Assembly (NCBI GenBank): GCA_963743985.1
Contig: CAVUSD010000031.1
Coordinates: 28,136-92,135, forward strand
DNA length: 64,000 nt
DNA from: an uncultured Solirubrobacteraceae bacterium
Lineage (GTDB): Bacteria > Actinomycetota > Thermoleophilia > Solirubrobacterales > Solirubrobacteraceae
Reading direction: 5' to 3'
Shown here piece after piece: positions 8,846-18,364 of the stretch (within the stretch, counting starts at the first letter, position 1; every line of letters begins with the position of its first letter). The notes under the pieces were generated by a model that ran no database searches, was not told where the DNA came from, and saw only the letters and a program-made list of their open reading frames with translations. The position numbers and the translations under genes are program-made.

Positions 8846-11203
8846 TCAGACGTTGGTTGCTTCGGCGCCCGAGCGGCGCGAGGGCCGCGTCGTGCGCTGC
8901 GGCCGCGCGGGCAGCTTGACCGGGGTGGCGTTCATCGCGCGGAAGCGCACCTCACGCCACGACATGCCCTCCTTGAGCAGCGCCGGGGCGCCCATCAGGA
9001 TGGCGGTCGCGACCTCGACGGCCTGGAGGATGACGCCGTAGGCGACGCCGGTACCGAGGCCGACGTGCCAGCCGGCATGCAACACGGTGGCGCAGGCGGC
9101 CTGGAAGACGCCGAGGTTTGCCGGCGTCGCCGGCAGCACCGCGGTGATGTTGACGGCGAACAGGACCGCCGCCGCGGCGGCCAATCCGGCCTGGTGTGAG
9201 AGACCGAGGGCCACCAGCAGCACGTAGCAGGAGAGCCACTGCAGCGCCCAGGCGCTCAGCTGCGCCAGCGTCGCGAGCGGGCCGAGCTTCGGGTCGCGGA
9301 AGACCACCAGACCGGCGCGCACGCGGACCATCGCGGCCCGCGCGGACTGCATCGCGACCTGGACGCGGTGCGAGCGCGAGCCGACGGCTCCATGGCGCAG
9401 GACCAGCGGCGCGATCAGCACCAGCGCCAGGAGCGCCGCGGGCGCGATCGCGGCGATCACGAGCGTGTTCTCGTGGCCGGAGAACAGGTTGACCGACGAG
9501 AACATGACCGTACCCAGCACGATCAGCGCGACGATGTTCAGCAGCGTCTGGGAGACGACCGTGCCGAGCACGATCGGAATGTTCTCGCGCGCGCGACCGG
9601 TGCGCCGGGCCAGGACGACCGCCCTCGAGGGCTCGCCGAGCCTGGCCGGCAGTGTCGAGTTCATGAGGACGCCGATGAACGTGGCCTGCATCGCGTCGGA
9701 TACCCGCACCGCCGTCCTGGGCAGGGCGGCGCGCAGAATCGCCAGCCAGGAGAAGCCGCGCATCACCATCGCGGCGCACATGATCCCCAACCCGAGGATC
9801 ACGAACGACGGGCTCGATGTTGCCAGCGCCGAGAGGATCGTCGCGATGCCGATCGTCGCGAGCGCCTTCCAGACGAGCAGCAACAGGCCGATCGTCATCG
9901 CCCCGAACGCGACCCGCCGGGCCGCGGTCACCAGCGGTCGGCGCTTCCCGACCGGCTTGGGCTCGAGGCTCGGCAGCCGCCGTGCGGGCGCGTGCGGGCG
10001 CATGTCCGCCGATTTGACGCCGACGGCCACCGCCACACGAGCGGTCGAGCCGACCGGCTTCGGAACCGCGATCGCGTCCTCGTAGGCGCGCATCACGTCG
10101 GTCGCGACGCGCGGCCAGGCAAAGCGGCGCACGTCGGCGGCCGCCGCGCGGGACATCTCGATGCGCCGATCGGGCTCATCCCAGAGGTCGCGCAGCGATT
10201 CAGCCAGCGCCTGCGGATCGGCGGGCGGGACCAGGATCCCGTCGACGCCGTTGCGTACGACGTCGCGGTAGCCGGCGATGTCAGAGGCGATCACCGGGGT
10301 ACCGGCCGCGAACGCCTCGGTCAGCACCATGCCGAAGCTCTCGCCGCGCAGCGATGGCGCGCACAGGACATCAGCGGCCTGCAACTCGAGCCGCTTCTGA
10401 TCGTCGTCGACGTTCTCGAGCAGGCGCACGCCGGAGGCGTCGAGCATCAACGGCTCGAGCTGCTCACGCGTCGGGCCGATGATCGTCAGCTCGCTCGGGA
10501 CCTGCTCGTGCAGCGCCTCGAAGGCGCGCAGCAGCAGCGGCAGGCCCTTGCGCTCGACGGCCTGGCCGACGAATACGATCCGCAGCTTGTCGCCGATCGG
10601 GCGGCCGGCGCCGGTCAGCGCGGCCTCGTCGAGGTGCACGCCGTTGGGGATCACGCGATAGTGGCCGCCGAAGAACCGGCGCCCGGTCCAGGCGGCAGCC
10701 TGCGAAACCGCGATTCGCACGTGCAGATGGTTGAGCACCAGGCGCGCGCCGAACATGTTCGCGACGCCGTTGGAGAATCGGTTCTCCGAGAACGAGTGGA
10801 AGGTGCCGATCAGCGGCAACGGCGTGAAGTCTGAGGCGAACCAGCTGGTGAGCGGCGCCACCGGCTCGTGAATGTGGACGACGTCGAAGCCGCCGGCGCG
10901 GAGCTCACGCTGAACCTTGGCCACGCCCTGCGGCGTGATCGACAGGTTCGACACCGCGCCGTTCGCCTTGAACCCGACGGTGCGACCGATCGGAATCACA
11001 TAGTCCGGCAGCGGCGCGTCGATCGGGCGAACGCCTCGGTGCAGCGCCTTCGAGCTGAGATCGGCCGGATCGTGGGGCGCCAGCACCCGCACCTCGTGGC
11101 CGTCGGCGATGAACTGCTGCGCCAGCGCGTCGATGTGCCTCGTCACTCCCCCGGGATAACTCCAGGAATACGGCGAAACGAGGGCGACCTTCATCTTGGA
11201 CAT
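8846..11203 (-). CDS. GT4 (PimA-like) glycosyltransferase fused to a lysylphosphatidylglycerol-synthase-TM (UPF0104, flippase-like) domain
   Basis: MKVALVSPYSWSYPGGV, HIHEP, ESFGMVLTEA; C-terminal multi-TM domain with LPARLGEPSR and PATPANLGVFQ. Confidence 0.88.
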   Translation of the reverse strand: MSKMKVALVSPYSWSYPGGVTRHIDALAQQFIADGHEVRVLAPHDPADLSSKALHRGVRPIDAPLPDYVIPIGRTVGFKANGAVSNLSITPQGVAKVQRELRAGGFDVVHIHEPVAPLTSWFASDFTPLPLIGTFHSFSENRFSNGVANMFGARLVLNHLHVRIAVSQAAAWTGRRFFGGHYRVIPNGVHLDEAALTGAGRPIGDKLRIVFVGQAVERKGLPLLLRAFEALHEQVPSELTIIGPTREQLEPLMLDASGVRLLENVDDDQKRLELQAADVLCAPSLRGESFGMVLTEAFAAGTPVIASDIAGYRDVVRNGVDGILVPPADPQALAESLRDLWDEPDRRIEMSRAAAADVRRFAWPRVATDVMRAYEDAIAVPKPVGSTARVAVAVGVKSADMRPHAPARRLPSLEPKPVGKRRPLVTAARRVAFGAMTIGLLLLVWKALATIGIATILSALATSSPSFVILGLGIMCAAMVMRGFSWLAILRAALPRTAVRVSDAMQATFIGVLMNSTLPARLGEPSRAVVLARRTGRARENIPIVLGTVVSQTLLNIVALIVLGTVMFSSVNLFSGHENTLVIAAIAPAALLALVLIAPLVLRHGAVGSRSHRVQVAMQSARAAMVRVRAGLVVFRDPKLGPLATLAQLSAWALQWLSCYVLLVALGLSHQAGLAAAAAVLFAVNITAVLPATPANLGVFQAACATVLHAGWHVGLGTGVAYGVILQAVEVATAILMGAPALLKEGMSWREVRFRAMNATPVKLPARPQRTTRPSRRSGAEATNV

Positions 11204-11241
11204 GTTACCCCTGTACCCCACCGAGGAATCGGGGTTTCGGG

Positions 11242-11949
11242 GTGGCATATCATCCGGATGAGATGAGAATCAGGCACTTCGTCAAATACACCTTCTTGCA
11301 GGTAGATCCTGCTTGGCGGCGACTCGATCCCGAGCAACGCGCCGAGCACAAGCGTGAATTCACCGCCGCCTGTGAGGATTTCGCCGACGGACACCTGCTG
11401 CGGACGTTCTCGTTGGTGGGTACGCGCGGCGACGCGGACCTGATGTTGCTCAGCCAGGCGCAGAACCTCGACCGGATCCACGAGTTTCACGTCGTTCTGC
11501 AGCAGAGCGGGCTGATGAAGTGGTGCACGACGCCCTATTCGTTCCTGGCGATGACGAAGGAATCGGAGTACTCCGACGAGTCCCGGCTCGAGGTCCGGCC
11601 CGCGCACGGGAAATACCTGTTCGTCTATCCGTTCGTCAAGACGCGCGACTGGTACCTGCTCGACGCCGAGGAGCGCTGGCGGATCATGCAGGAGCACATC
11701 AAGGTCGGGCGTGAGTTCCCGTCGATCGACCTGAACACGAGCTACTCCTTCGGGCTCGACGACCAGGAGTTCGTGGTCGCGTTCGAGTCCGACGACCCGG
11801 GCGCCTTTCTCGACCTCGTCCAGAAGCTCCGCATGACCGAGTCGAGCGCGTTCACCAAGCGCGACACGCCGACGTTCACCTGCATCACGTGCTCGCTGGA
11901 GCGCGCCCTCGGGTCGCTCGACGGCGAGTCGATGGCGATCTCCGCCTAG
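11242..11949 (+). CDS. Chlorite dismutase / coproheme decarboxylase (HemQ/ChdC) family protein
   Basis: YPFVKTRDWYLL..EER.RIMQEH, SYSFGLDDQEFVVAFE motifs. Start may be 11263. Confidence 0.85.
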   Translation: MAYHPDEMRIRHFVKYTFLQVDPAWRRLDPEQRAEHKREFTAACEDFADGHLLRTFSLVGTRGDADLMLLSQAQNLDRIHEFHVVLQQSGLMKWCTTPYSFLAMTKESEYSDESRLEVRPAHGKYLFVYPFVKTRDWYLLDAEERWRIMQEHIKVGREFPSIDLNTSYSFGLDDQEFVVAFESDDPGAFLDLVQKLRMTESSAFTKRDTPTFTCITCSLERALGSLDGESMAISA

Positions 11950-12063
11950 CCCTCCACGACGGCTCCGCACCGGCCCCTGCTGCCACTCGGCAGGGCAGGC
12001 TGCGGGCTGCCCGGTCGACGCCGCGACCGCGGTCCAGTACCTCATCATCCCGCTCTTTCCGTC

Positions 12064-12088
12064 GTTTCCGGAGGCTGGCTCCGGGTAC
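12064..12088 (+). promoter_or_regulatory. SigB/SigF-like promoter GTTT-N15-GGGTAC upstream of the MFS-USP operon
   Basis: gtttccggaggctggctccgggtac. Confidence 0.5.
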
Positions 12089-12278
12089 GCTATGTTGAGG
12101 TCACAACGAGTTTCCTCCTCGCTTTGCCACACCTCACCTCCGGACCGCCATGTGCAGGTCCACCCCGGCCGACAACGCCGGCAGCAGCCGAACACGAACC
12201 TCTTACCGAAAATCGGACTACGACCATGCCCCTCTTGACCTGCGCGCGGATGCGCATCGACTCGAAAGGCTCTGACTG

Positions 12279-13772
12279 ATGCGCCAAGGACCGCTCGCCG
12301 GCCGTTACCCCTTCGTCGCTTCGATGGTCGTTTTCGCGCTGGTCCCGTACCTGGCGCTGTCGGGCGCGCTCGGACCGATCACCCCGACGATCACGTCGAA
12401 CCTGCATATGAGCCTGCAGACGTTCGCGCTCGGCGCCGGCTTGGCGAACGCCGCCTACGCCGTCGGCACCGTCCTGTCGGTCCAGTTCGCCGCACTGCTG
12501 CCGCAGCGACGGATGATGGTGCTCTACGCGATCGTCCTCGTGATCGGCTCGGTGCTGACCGCCGCGGCCCAGAACCCGGCGATGTTCATCACCGGTCACA
12601 TCCTCCAGGGCCTGTGCACCAGCCTGCTGCTGATCGCCGCCGCGCCGCCGCTGTTCCTCGGCTTCCCCCAGTCGCGGTTGCGCTCGACCGCGGTGATCAT
12701 GAACATGTGCATCTTCGGTGCAGTCGCGCTGGGGCCGCTGATCGGCGGTATCCAGGCCTCCGCCGGCGGCTGGCGGGGTCTGTTCTGGATCGTCGCGGGC
12801 GTCTCCGCGGCGGCGCTGGCCCTGTCGCTGCTGACGTTCGAGGATGCGCCGCCGGCCGACCCGACCGCTCCCAAGGACCCGTGGGCGATCGGACTGGCGG
12901 CGTCCGGCGCCGGGCTCGCGTTCTTCGGCGCTTCGGAGCTGCTCACGCATCCGTTCGTCTCGACGATCACGCTGCTGCCGCTGGCCGTCGGACTCGCATT
13001 GATCCTGACCCTGGTCATCAGCCAATCGCTGCGCAAGCACCCGCTGCTGACGATCCGCAGCATGCTGACCAGCACGATCCCGGTCGCCGGGATCGCGATT
13101 GCGCTGTTCGCCGCCGCAGCGTCGGTGTCGGCGACCGAGCTGACCTCGTCGATGCTCGCGCCCCTGCACAGCCCGCTGGATCTCGGCCTGCTGTACCTGC
13201 CCGAGTTCGCCGGAGCGGTGGTCAGCGGGATCGCGCTCGGGTTCGTGCTGCGCCACCGCTCGCTGCAGTTCCTGCCGCTCGTCGGCATGTTCTTCCTCGC
13301 CGCCGGGATCATCGCCTTCCGGGTCCATCTGCCGACCAGCTCGGCGATGACGCTGGTGGGCTCGGGGCTGACCGGCATCGGCGTCGGCGCGACCGTCGCC
13401 CCCGCGCTGTTCGTGACCGGCTTCTCGCTGCAGGCGGCCAACCTGCAGCGGGTGTTCGCGATCGTCGAGTTGCTGCGCGCGTGCGCGGCGTTCATGATCG
13501 CGCCGATCTTCGCCCACTTCGCGGCGACGGTGGGGACCCAGCCGTACGGCGGCGTCGGGATCGCGCTGTGGATCGGTGCCGGCTTGGCAATTGCCGGCGC
13601 GCTGTTCGCGGTCACGCTCTACCGGCTCCGCGGTGCCCGGCCGACGGCCCCGGACATCGACACGTTCCTGTCGGGCGAGGGCCCCGCCTGGTACTCGCCA
13701 CCCCTGTTCCCCGACGCGCATGAGCGGGCCGCCAAGCACGCCGGTGCCATCAAGGAGGCGGCGGGCTCATGA
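12279..13772 (+). CDS. MFS transporter
   Basis: About 14 hydrophobic segments; GAVALGPLIGG...GWRGLFW (DHA2-like). Confidence 0.85.
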   Translation: MRQGPLAGRYPFVASMVVFALVPYLALSGALGPITPTITSNLHMSLQTFALGAGLANAAYAVGTVLSVQFAALLPQRRMMVLYAIVLVIGSVLTAAAQNPAMFITGHILQGLCTSLLLIAAAPPLFLGFPQSRLRSTAVIMNMCIFGAVALGPLIGGIQASAGGWRGLFWIVAGVSAAALALSLLTFEDAPPADPTAPKDPWAIGLAASGAGLAFFGASELLTHPFVSTITLLPLAVGLALILTLVISQSLRKHPLLTIRSMLTSTIPVAGIAIALFAAAASVSATELTSSMLAPLHSPLDLGLLYLPEFAGAVVSGIALGFVLRHRSLQFLPLVGMFFLAAGIIAFRVHLPTSSAMTLVGSGLTGIGVGATVAPALFVTGFSLQAANLQRVFAIVELLRACAAFMIAPIFAHFAATVGTQPYGGVGIALWIGAGLAIAGALFAVTLYRLRGARPTAPDIDTFLSGEGPAWYSPPLFPDAHERAAKHAGAIKEAAGS

Positions 13773-14227
13773 GCGCGTGCGCACCCGGGCCGGTCGTGTT
13801 CGCCTACGACGGGTCAGAGCTCGCCGCGCAGGCGATCGCCGAGGCCGGTGAACTGCTGAGCCACGACCGCCCGGTGCTCGTCGTCTGCGCCTGGCAGCCG
13901 TTCGACGTGGGCTTCGTTCCCGACAAGAGCTTCCACGTCGACGCCAAGCAGGCGCCGGAGGTCAAGGGCGCGGCGCAGGACACCGCGGCCCACGGGGCGG
14001 AACTGGCCAGGCGGGTTGGCTTCACCGACGTCCGCAGCACGGCGATCGAGACCGCCCCGATCTGGCAGGGGATCGTGAAGGTCGCCGAGGACGAAGACGC
14101 CTCGGTGATCGTGATCGGCTCCCATGGCCATCACTCCGGACTCGCGGGAGTGTTCGTCGGCAGCGTCGCCAGCGCCGTCAGCGCGCATTCGACGCGGACC
14201 GTCCTGATCACTCAGCGCCGCCCGTAA
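13769..14227 (+). CDS. Universal stress protein
   Basis: VVFAYDGSE, IVIGSHG..G..FVGSVA; ATGA-coupled to the MFS gene. Confidence 0.92.
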   Translation: MSACAPGPVVFAYDGSELAAQAIAEAGELLSHDRPVLVVCAWQPFDVGFVPDKSFHVDAKQAPEVKGAAQDTAAHGAELARRVGFTDVRSTAIETAPIWQGIVKVAEDEDASVIVIGSHGHHSGLAGVFVGSVASAVSAHSTRTVLITQRRP

Positions 14228-14281
14228 TCCCGGGGACCCCCGTGCATCGGGGCCGATGGCGGGCCAAACAAGCCCGTTTCT

Positions 14282-14338
14282 CGCCCCGCTGACCGCGGGT
14301 CCGCCCCGCTGACTGCGGGTCCGGTCGATGACCCGGAC
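14282..14338. repeat. Two tandem 20-nt palindromic units plus a hairpin between convergent genes
   Basis: cgccccgctgaccgcgggtc / cgccccgctgactgcgggtc, then gtccgg-N8-ccggac. Confidence 0.6.
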
Positions 14339-14369
14339 TCAAGGCGTCAAGCGCGGAGCTGCGGCGCGA

Positions 14370-14723
14370 CTAGACCGCTGAGACTTGCTCTTCTTCCGCG
14401 ACGCGGAAGGAGGAGCCACAGCCACAGGCGGCGATCACGTTGGGGTTCTCGACCTTGAAGCCGGCCCCTTGGAGCCCGTCGACGAAGTCGATCACCGAAC
14501 CACGCACGTAGGGAAGGCTCGGGTTGTCGACCAGGAGACGAATGCCCTTGTCCTCGAACACCGTGTCGCCGTCGTGCATCTCGTCGAACGCGAGGGCGTA
14601 CTGGAAACCTGAGCAGCCTCCCCCTCGCACTCCGACGCGGAGGCCGGCGGTGGACTCGACGGTGTTCTGGGTCGAGAGGAACTCGCGAACCTTCTCGGCA
14701 CCCTTATCGGTGAGAGTGATCAT
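14370..14723 (-). CDS. iscA: Iron-sulfur cluster assembly accessory protein (HesB/IscA/ErpA family)
   Basis: GGGCSGFQY and ACGCGSSF motifs. Confidence 0.95.
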   Translation of the reverse strand: MITLTDKGAEKVREFLSTQNTVESTAGLRVGVRGGGCSGFQYALAFDEMHDGDTVFEDKGIRLLVDNPSLPYVRGSVIDFVDGLQGAGFKVENPNVIAACGCGSSFRVAEEEQVSAV

Positions 14724-14764
14724 TGCTTCACGAAGTATAGCGGTGGGTCGCTACGCTTAGTCCC

Positions 14765-15010
14765 GTGTCCGCTACACCGCAGGAGCTCAAGGAACGGATC
14801 GAGGCGGGCATCCCGGAGTCGGTGGCTGAGGTTACCGGCGATGGGCACCACTTCAACGCGGTCGTGCGTGCGCCTGCGTTCGCCGGCCTCAACCGACTCG
14901 CTCAGCACCGGCTCGTCTACGACGTGTTCGGCGCCGAGATCGGCGACCGTATCCACGCGCTGTCGATCCAGACCCTTACCCCTTCGCCAACTCCAGAGGA
15001 GGCCCGATGA
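14765..15010 (+). CDS. bolA: BolA/IbaG family protein
   Basis: GDGHHF, FAGLNRLAQHRLVY, IHALSI. Confidence 0.93.
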   Translation: MSATPQELKERIEAGIPESVAEVTGDGHHFNAVVRAPAFAGLNRLAQHRLVYDVFGAEIGDRIHALSIQTLTPSPTPEEAR

Positions 15011-15408
15011 GCGAACAGCCCTCGAACCCGATGCGCGACGCGATCCAGGAAGCGATCGTCGAGAACCCGGTGATCCTGTTCATGAAGGGCAACCCGGACG
15101 CGCCGGCGTGTGGCTTCTCCGCCCGCACGGTCGCGATCCTGCAGTCGATGGGTGCGCGTTTCGCCGCCGTCGACATCCTGCCCGACCCGCGGATCCGCCA
15201 GGAGCTGTCGACGATCTCCAACTGGCCGACGATCCCCCAGTTGTTCGTCGGCGGTGAGCTGATCGGAGGCTGCGACATCGTCTCGGAGATGTATGAGTCC
15301 GGCGAGCTGTTCGACACGCTCGGCATCAAGGCGCCCGACGCGGAACCGGAGACGGTCGCCGCGACGTCTGGCGGCACCGCGCCGCTGTCGATCGAGAACC
15401 GGCTCTAA
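15007..15408 (+). CDS. grxD: Grx4-family monothiol glutaredoxin
   Basis: LFMKG..PACGFS, SNWPTIPQLFVGGELIGGCDI. Confidence 0.95.
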   Translation: MSEQPSNPMRDAIQEAIVENPVILFMKGNPDAPACGFSARTVAILQSMGARFAAVDILPDPRIRQELSTISNWPTIPQLFVGGELIGGCDIVSEMYESGELFDTLGIKAPDAEPETVAATSGGTAPLSIENRL

Positions 15409-15430
15409 CCAAAGCCGAACGCTAGAGGCC

Positions 15431-16492
15431 GTGGCGCAGCCGCTGCAGGCGCTGCGCCACGACCACGGCGTCCTCTGGGCGCTTGACCAGACGCTGCTGC
15501 CGTGGCACGAGCGCTGGCTCGAACTGCATGACGCGCAAGACGTCGCGGATGCCCTCAAGCGCCTGAGCATCCGCGGCGCCCCGCTGATCGGCGTCGCGGC
15601 GGGATACGGGGTTGCCCTCGAGTTGGCGCTCGACCACCGCCCGGACACCCTTCGGAGAGCGTGCGAGCTGTTGATCTCGGCCCGCCCGACCGCGGTCAAC
15701 CTTCCCTACGCCGTCGGCCGCGTCGCCGACGTCGCAGCCGGCTACGAGCCCGGTCCGGCGCGTGCCGCCGCCGCGCTCGACGAGGCGCGCGCGATCGAGC
15801 GCGACGAGATCGCCGCGAGCGACGCGCTCGCCGTCCGCGGCGCGGACCTGCTGAGCAGCCTCGGCGTCCGACGGGTGCTCACCCACTGCAACACGGGCGC
15901 GCTCGCGGCGCCGGGCCGCGGCACGGCACTGGCTCCGATCGCCGAGCTGCATGAGCGCGGCGAGCTCGAGCTGGTCCTCGCCGCCGAGACCCGGCCGCTG
16001 CTACAGGGCGCTCGGCTGACGGCCTACGAGCTCCGCCATCTGGAGATCAGACACGCGGTGATCGTCGACGGCGCCGCTGCCGGGCTGATCGCGCGCGGCG
16101 AGGTCGATGCCGTGGTTCTCGGCTGCGATCGCGTCGCGGCCAACGGTGACGTCGCCAACAAGGTCGGCACCTACGGTCATGCGCTGGCGGCCCGGGCCGC
16201 GCAGATCCCGTTCGTCGTCGTCGGCCCGTGCTCGACGATCGACGCGCGGACGCCATCCGGTGCGGAGATCGTGATCGAGCAGCGGGACCCGAGGGAGGTG
16301 GCGACGGTGCCATCGGAGCCGTCAGGTGCCCGATTCGAGATCGTCCCTGACGCGACGAGCTGCCTGAACCCCGCGTTCGACGTCACGCCGGCCGAGCTCG
16401 TCACCGCGCTCGTGACCGAGCGGGGCGTCGCGCAGCCGGTCGACCGCGATGGGGTACTGGGCCTGCTCGCGGACGCCGGCGCGACGCGCTAG
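15431..16492 (+). CDS. mtnA: S-methyl-5-thioribose-1-phosphate isomerase
   Basis: LDQTLLP, IRGAPLIG, RPTAVNL, LTHCNTG, ETRPLLQGARLT, NKVGTY, NPAFDVTP. Confidence 0.95.
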   Translation: MAQPLQALRHDHGVLWALDQTLLPWHERWLELHDAQDVADALKRLSIRGAPLIGVAAGYGVALELALDHRPDTLRRACELLISARPTAVNLPYAVGRVADVAAGYEPGPARAAAALDEARAIERDEIAASDALAVRGADLLSSLGVRRVLTHCNTGALAAPGRGTALAPIAELHERGELELVLAAETRPLLQGARLTAYELRHLEIRHAVIVDGAAAGLIARGEVDAVVLGCDRVAANGDVANKVGTYGHALAARAAQIPFVVVGPCSTIDARTPSGAEIVIEQRDPREVATVPSEPSGARFEIVPDATSCLNPAFDVTPAELVTALVTERGVAQPVDRDGVLGLLADAGATR

Positions 16493-16563
16493 CGCTCTGC
16501 CGGCGTGGTGTGTGCCGCCGGCAGACCGCGACGGCGGGCGTCAGCCCGCCGCGACGGCTGGGG

Positions 16564-16803
16564 TCAGCGCCGGCGCTTGCGCCGGGTCAGGATCCCGGTG
16601 ATCCCGGCGACGCCGCCCGCCAGCAGGAACCCGGCGGCGGCGGCTCCGATCAGCGCCTCGCGCTGGTGGATCCGCAGCTGCCCGCGCCAGTCGGTGAGCC
16701 TGACGACCTCGGTACGCACCTGCGTGACGGCGATGCCGAGCTCTGACCGGTGAGCCTCGATCGAACGACGGATCTCCTCAGGGGAGCGTGCTGGAGCAGG
16801 CAT
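16564..16803 (-). CDS. DUF3618-like small membrane-anchored protein
   Basis: RSPEEIRRSIEAHRSELG..V..; C-terminal TM and basic tail. Confidence 0.75.
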   Translation of the reverse strand: MPAPARSPEEIRRSIEAHRSELGIAVTQVRTEVVRLTDWRGQLRIHQREALIGAAAAGFLLAGGVAGITGILTRRKRRR

Positions 16804-17204
16804 CAGCCGTCGATCCCAGTCTGAATGGTTTCCCGGATCTTCTTGCCCTCTTCGATCGCCATGTCCGGCGTCGGCGCACCGACCTTGAGCTTGCGCAGCG
16901 CGAACAGGAGGACGACGGCGGTGAGGATGATCAGCACGACCAGCGTGATCGCCTGGCCCAGCCAGATCGAGTTCAGCAGCGAGTTGAGGCCCCACGCCAG
17001 CGTCAGCAGGGCGAAGATCAGCACAAAGAAACCGAACACCGCCCCGATGATCGCCGCGACCGCGCCGCGCCCCAGGCTGGTGACCTTGACCGTGATCTCG
17101 GCCTTGGCGAGCTCGATCTCCTCACGGATGAGGAGCGACACCTTCTCGGAGACCTGCTGGACGGCGACGCCCAGCTCAGAGGTCTTGGGGTCTTCAGCGG
17201 CCAA
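16803..17204 (-). CDS. Actinobacterial holin-X / YqjE-like two-TM protein
   Basis: VSLLIREEIELAKAEI, two TM helices, PTPDMAIEE. Confidence 0.85.
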   Translation of the reverse strand: MAAEDPKTSELGVAVQQVSEKVSLLIREEIELAKAEITVKVTSLGRGAVAAIIGAVFGFFVLIFALLTLAWGLNSLLNSIWLGQAITLVVLIILTAVVLLFALRKLKVGAPTPDMAIEEGKKIRETIQTGIDG

Positions 17205-17595
17205 GGCGCTTGAGGATCAGAGCCAACATGATTCCGCCGGCGAATGCGCCGCCGACGCCGACTTCGGGACGTTCATCGACCAGCGCGGTGACCTTGTCGA
17301 TCGGCGACGGGCCCGGCTGCGGGCCGGCCTCGACCGCCGGCGGCACCGGTGGCGGGATCGGCGGGCGCGTTGCCGCGGGCGGTACCGCCGATGCGGGCGC
17401 AGGCGGTGCGGGCGGCGGGGATGCAGCCGTAGGCGGCGCGGGTGGCACGGGCTCAGAAATCTCGGTCGCCAATGACACCGGGTCGCCCGGCGCCGGCTGG
17501 TGCTGCACCGTCGACGGTTCGTCGGTGACGGCGGGACGCTCCTCGGTCACTGGCTCACCGGCATCCGACGCTTGACGTTGTGGCTCGTCGGTCAC
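17194..17595 (-). CDS. Pro-rich protein with a YqjD/ElaB-like C-terminal membrane anchor
   Basis: Pro/Ala-rich body; ERPEVGVGGAFAGGIMLALILKRLGR tail; overlaps both neighbours. Confidence 0.65.
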   Translation of the reverse strand: MTDEPQRQASDAGEPVTEERPAVTDEPSTVQHQPAPGDPVSLATEISEPVPPAPPTAASPPPAPPAPASAVPPAATRPPIPPPVPPAVEAGPQPGPSPIDKVTALVDERPEVGVGGAFAGGIMLALILKRLGR

Positions 17596-17729
17596 TCCGG
17601 GGGCTCTTCGCCGAAGATGCGCATCCAGATCATCGCCGCGACTCGCATCGACGCGAGGCTTGACAGCGCGCCCAGACCGGCCACCAGGCCGGACCAGACG
17701 AGACGCTTCATGAGCGGGCTCTCCATCAT
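17592..17729 (-). CDS. 45-aa membrane peptide (DUF4235-like), absent from the ORF track
   Basis: MMESPLMKRLVWSGLVAGLGALSSLASMRVAAMIWMRIFGEEPPE*; the stop overlaps the next GTG. Confidence 0.7.
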   Translation of the reverse strand: MMESPLMKRLVWSGLVAGLGALSSLASMRVAAMIWMRIFGEEPPE

Positions 17730-17740
17730 CGCGTCCGCAT

Positions 17741-18364
17741 TCAATCAGACTCGCTCACGAGTGGTTCGTCGCGCGGCTCCAGCCCGCCGCAGATCATGTC
17801 GACGATCATCGCCTTGGCCTGCTCGAACTCGGGCTCGCCGGTGGCCCGGGAGTCGAAGATCCAGCCGGTCAGCAATTGCTCCATCGCGCCGTAGAACGTC
17901 TGGGCGGCGAACGCCGGGGTGATCTCCGAACGGAAGCTGCCGTCCGCTTGCGCGGCCGCGACGATCGCCGCGATGCCCGCGTACGCCTCGCGGATCTTGA
18001 CCAGATGCGTCAGCCCGAACGTGTTGGCGGCACGCGTGACCTCGACGATGATCACCTTCATCACGTCCGGGTCGTGTCGGTAGGAGTCGATGATGAACGC
18101 GGCGATCGACTCGAGCTTCTCACGCGGCGAGCTGGCAGCGGCGTCGGCGGCGTCGATCGCCTCGAGCATCAACCCCCAGCGCTCCGAGAACAGCGTGTCG
18201 AGGATCTCCTCCTTCGAGGAGAAGTAGTGGTAGACGAGCCCGTAGGCGACGCCCGCCTCGTCGGCGATGTCCGACACCCGGCAGGTGTGGAATCCCTGAC
18301 GGGCGAACACCCGCACGGCGGCGCTGAGGATCTGGCGGCGGCGTTCGGTCGCCGCAGCGGTCAC
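17741..18364 (-). CDS. TetR/AcrR family transcriptional regulator
   Basis: RRRQILSAAVRVFARQGF..RVSDIADEAGVAYGLVYHYFSSKEE. Confidence 0.95.
   Translation of the reverse strand: MTAAATERRRQILSAAVRVFARQGFHTCRVSDIADEAGVAYGLVYHYFSSKEEILDTLFSERWGLMLEAIDAADAAASSPREKLESIAAFIIDSYRHDPDVMKVIIVEVTRAANTFGLTHLVKIREAYAGIAAIVAAAQADGSFRSEITPAFAAQTFYGAMEQLLTGWIFDSRATGEPEFEQAKAMIVDMICGGLEPRDEPLVSESD

Noticed and set aside
12092-12238. Possible leader ORF or riboswitch before the MFS gene
   Set aside because: Atypical codon usage, no RBS and no recognisable RNA motif; cannot be supported without an Rfam search.
16803-17204. Holin as evidence of a prophage
   Set aside because: No endolysin, structural or replication genes; holin-X/DUF3618 clusters are ordinary chromosomal genes.
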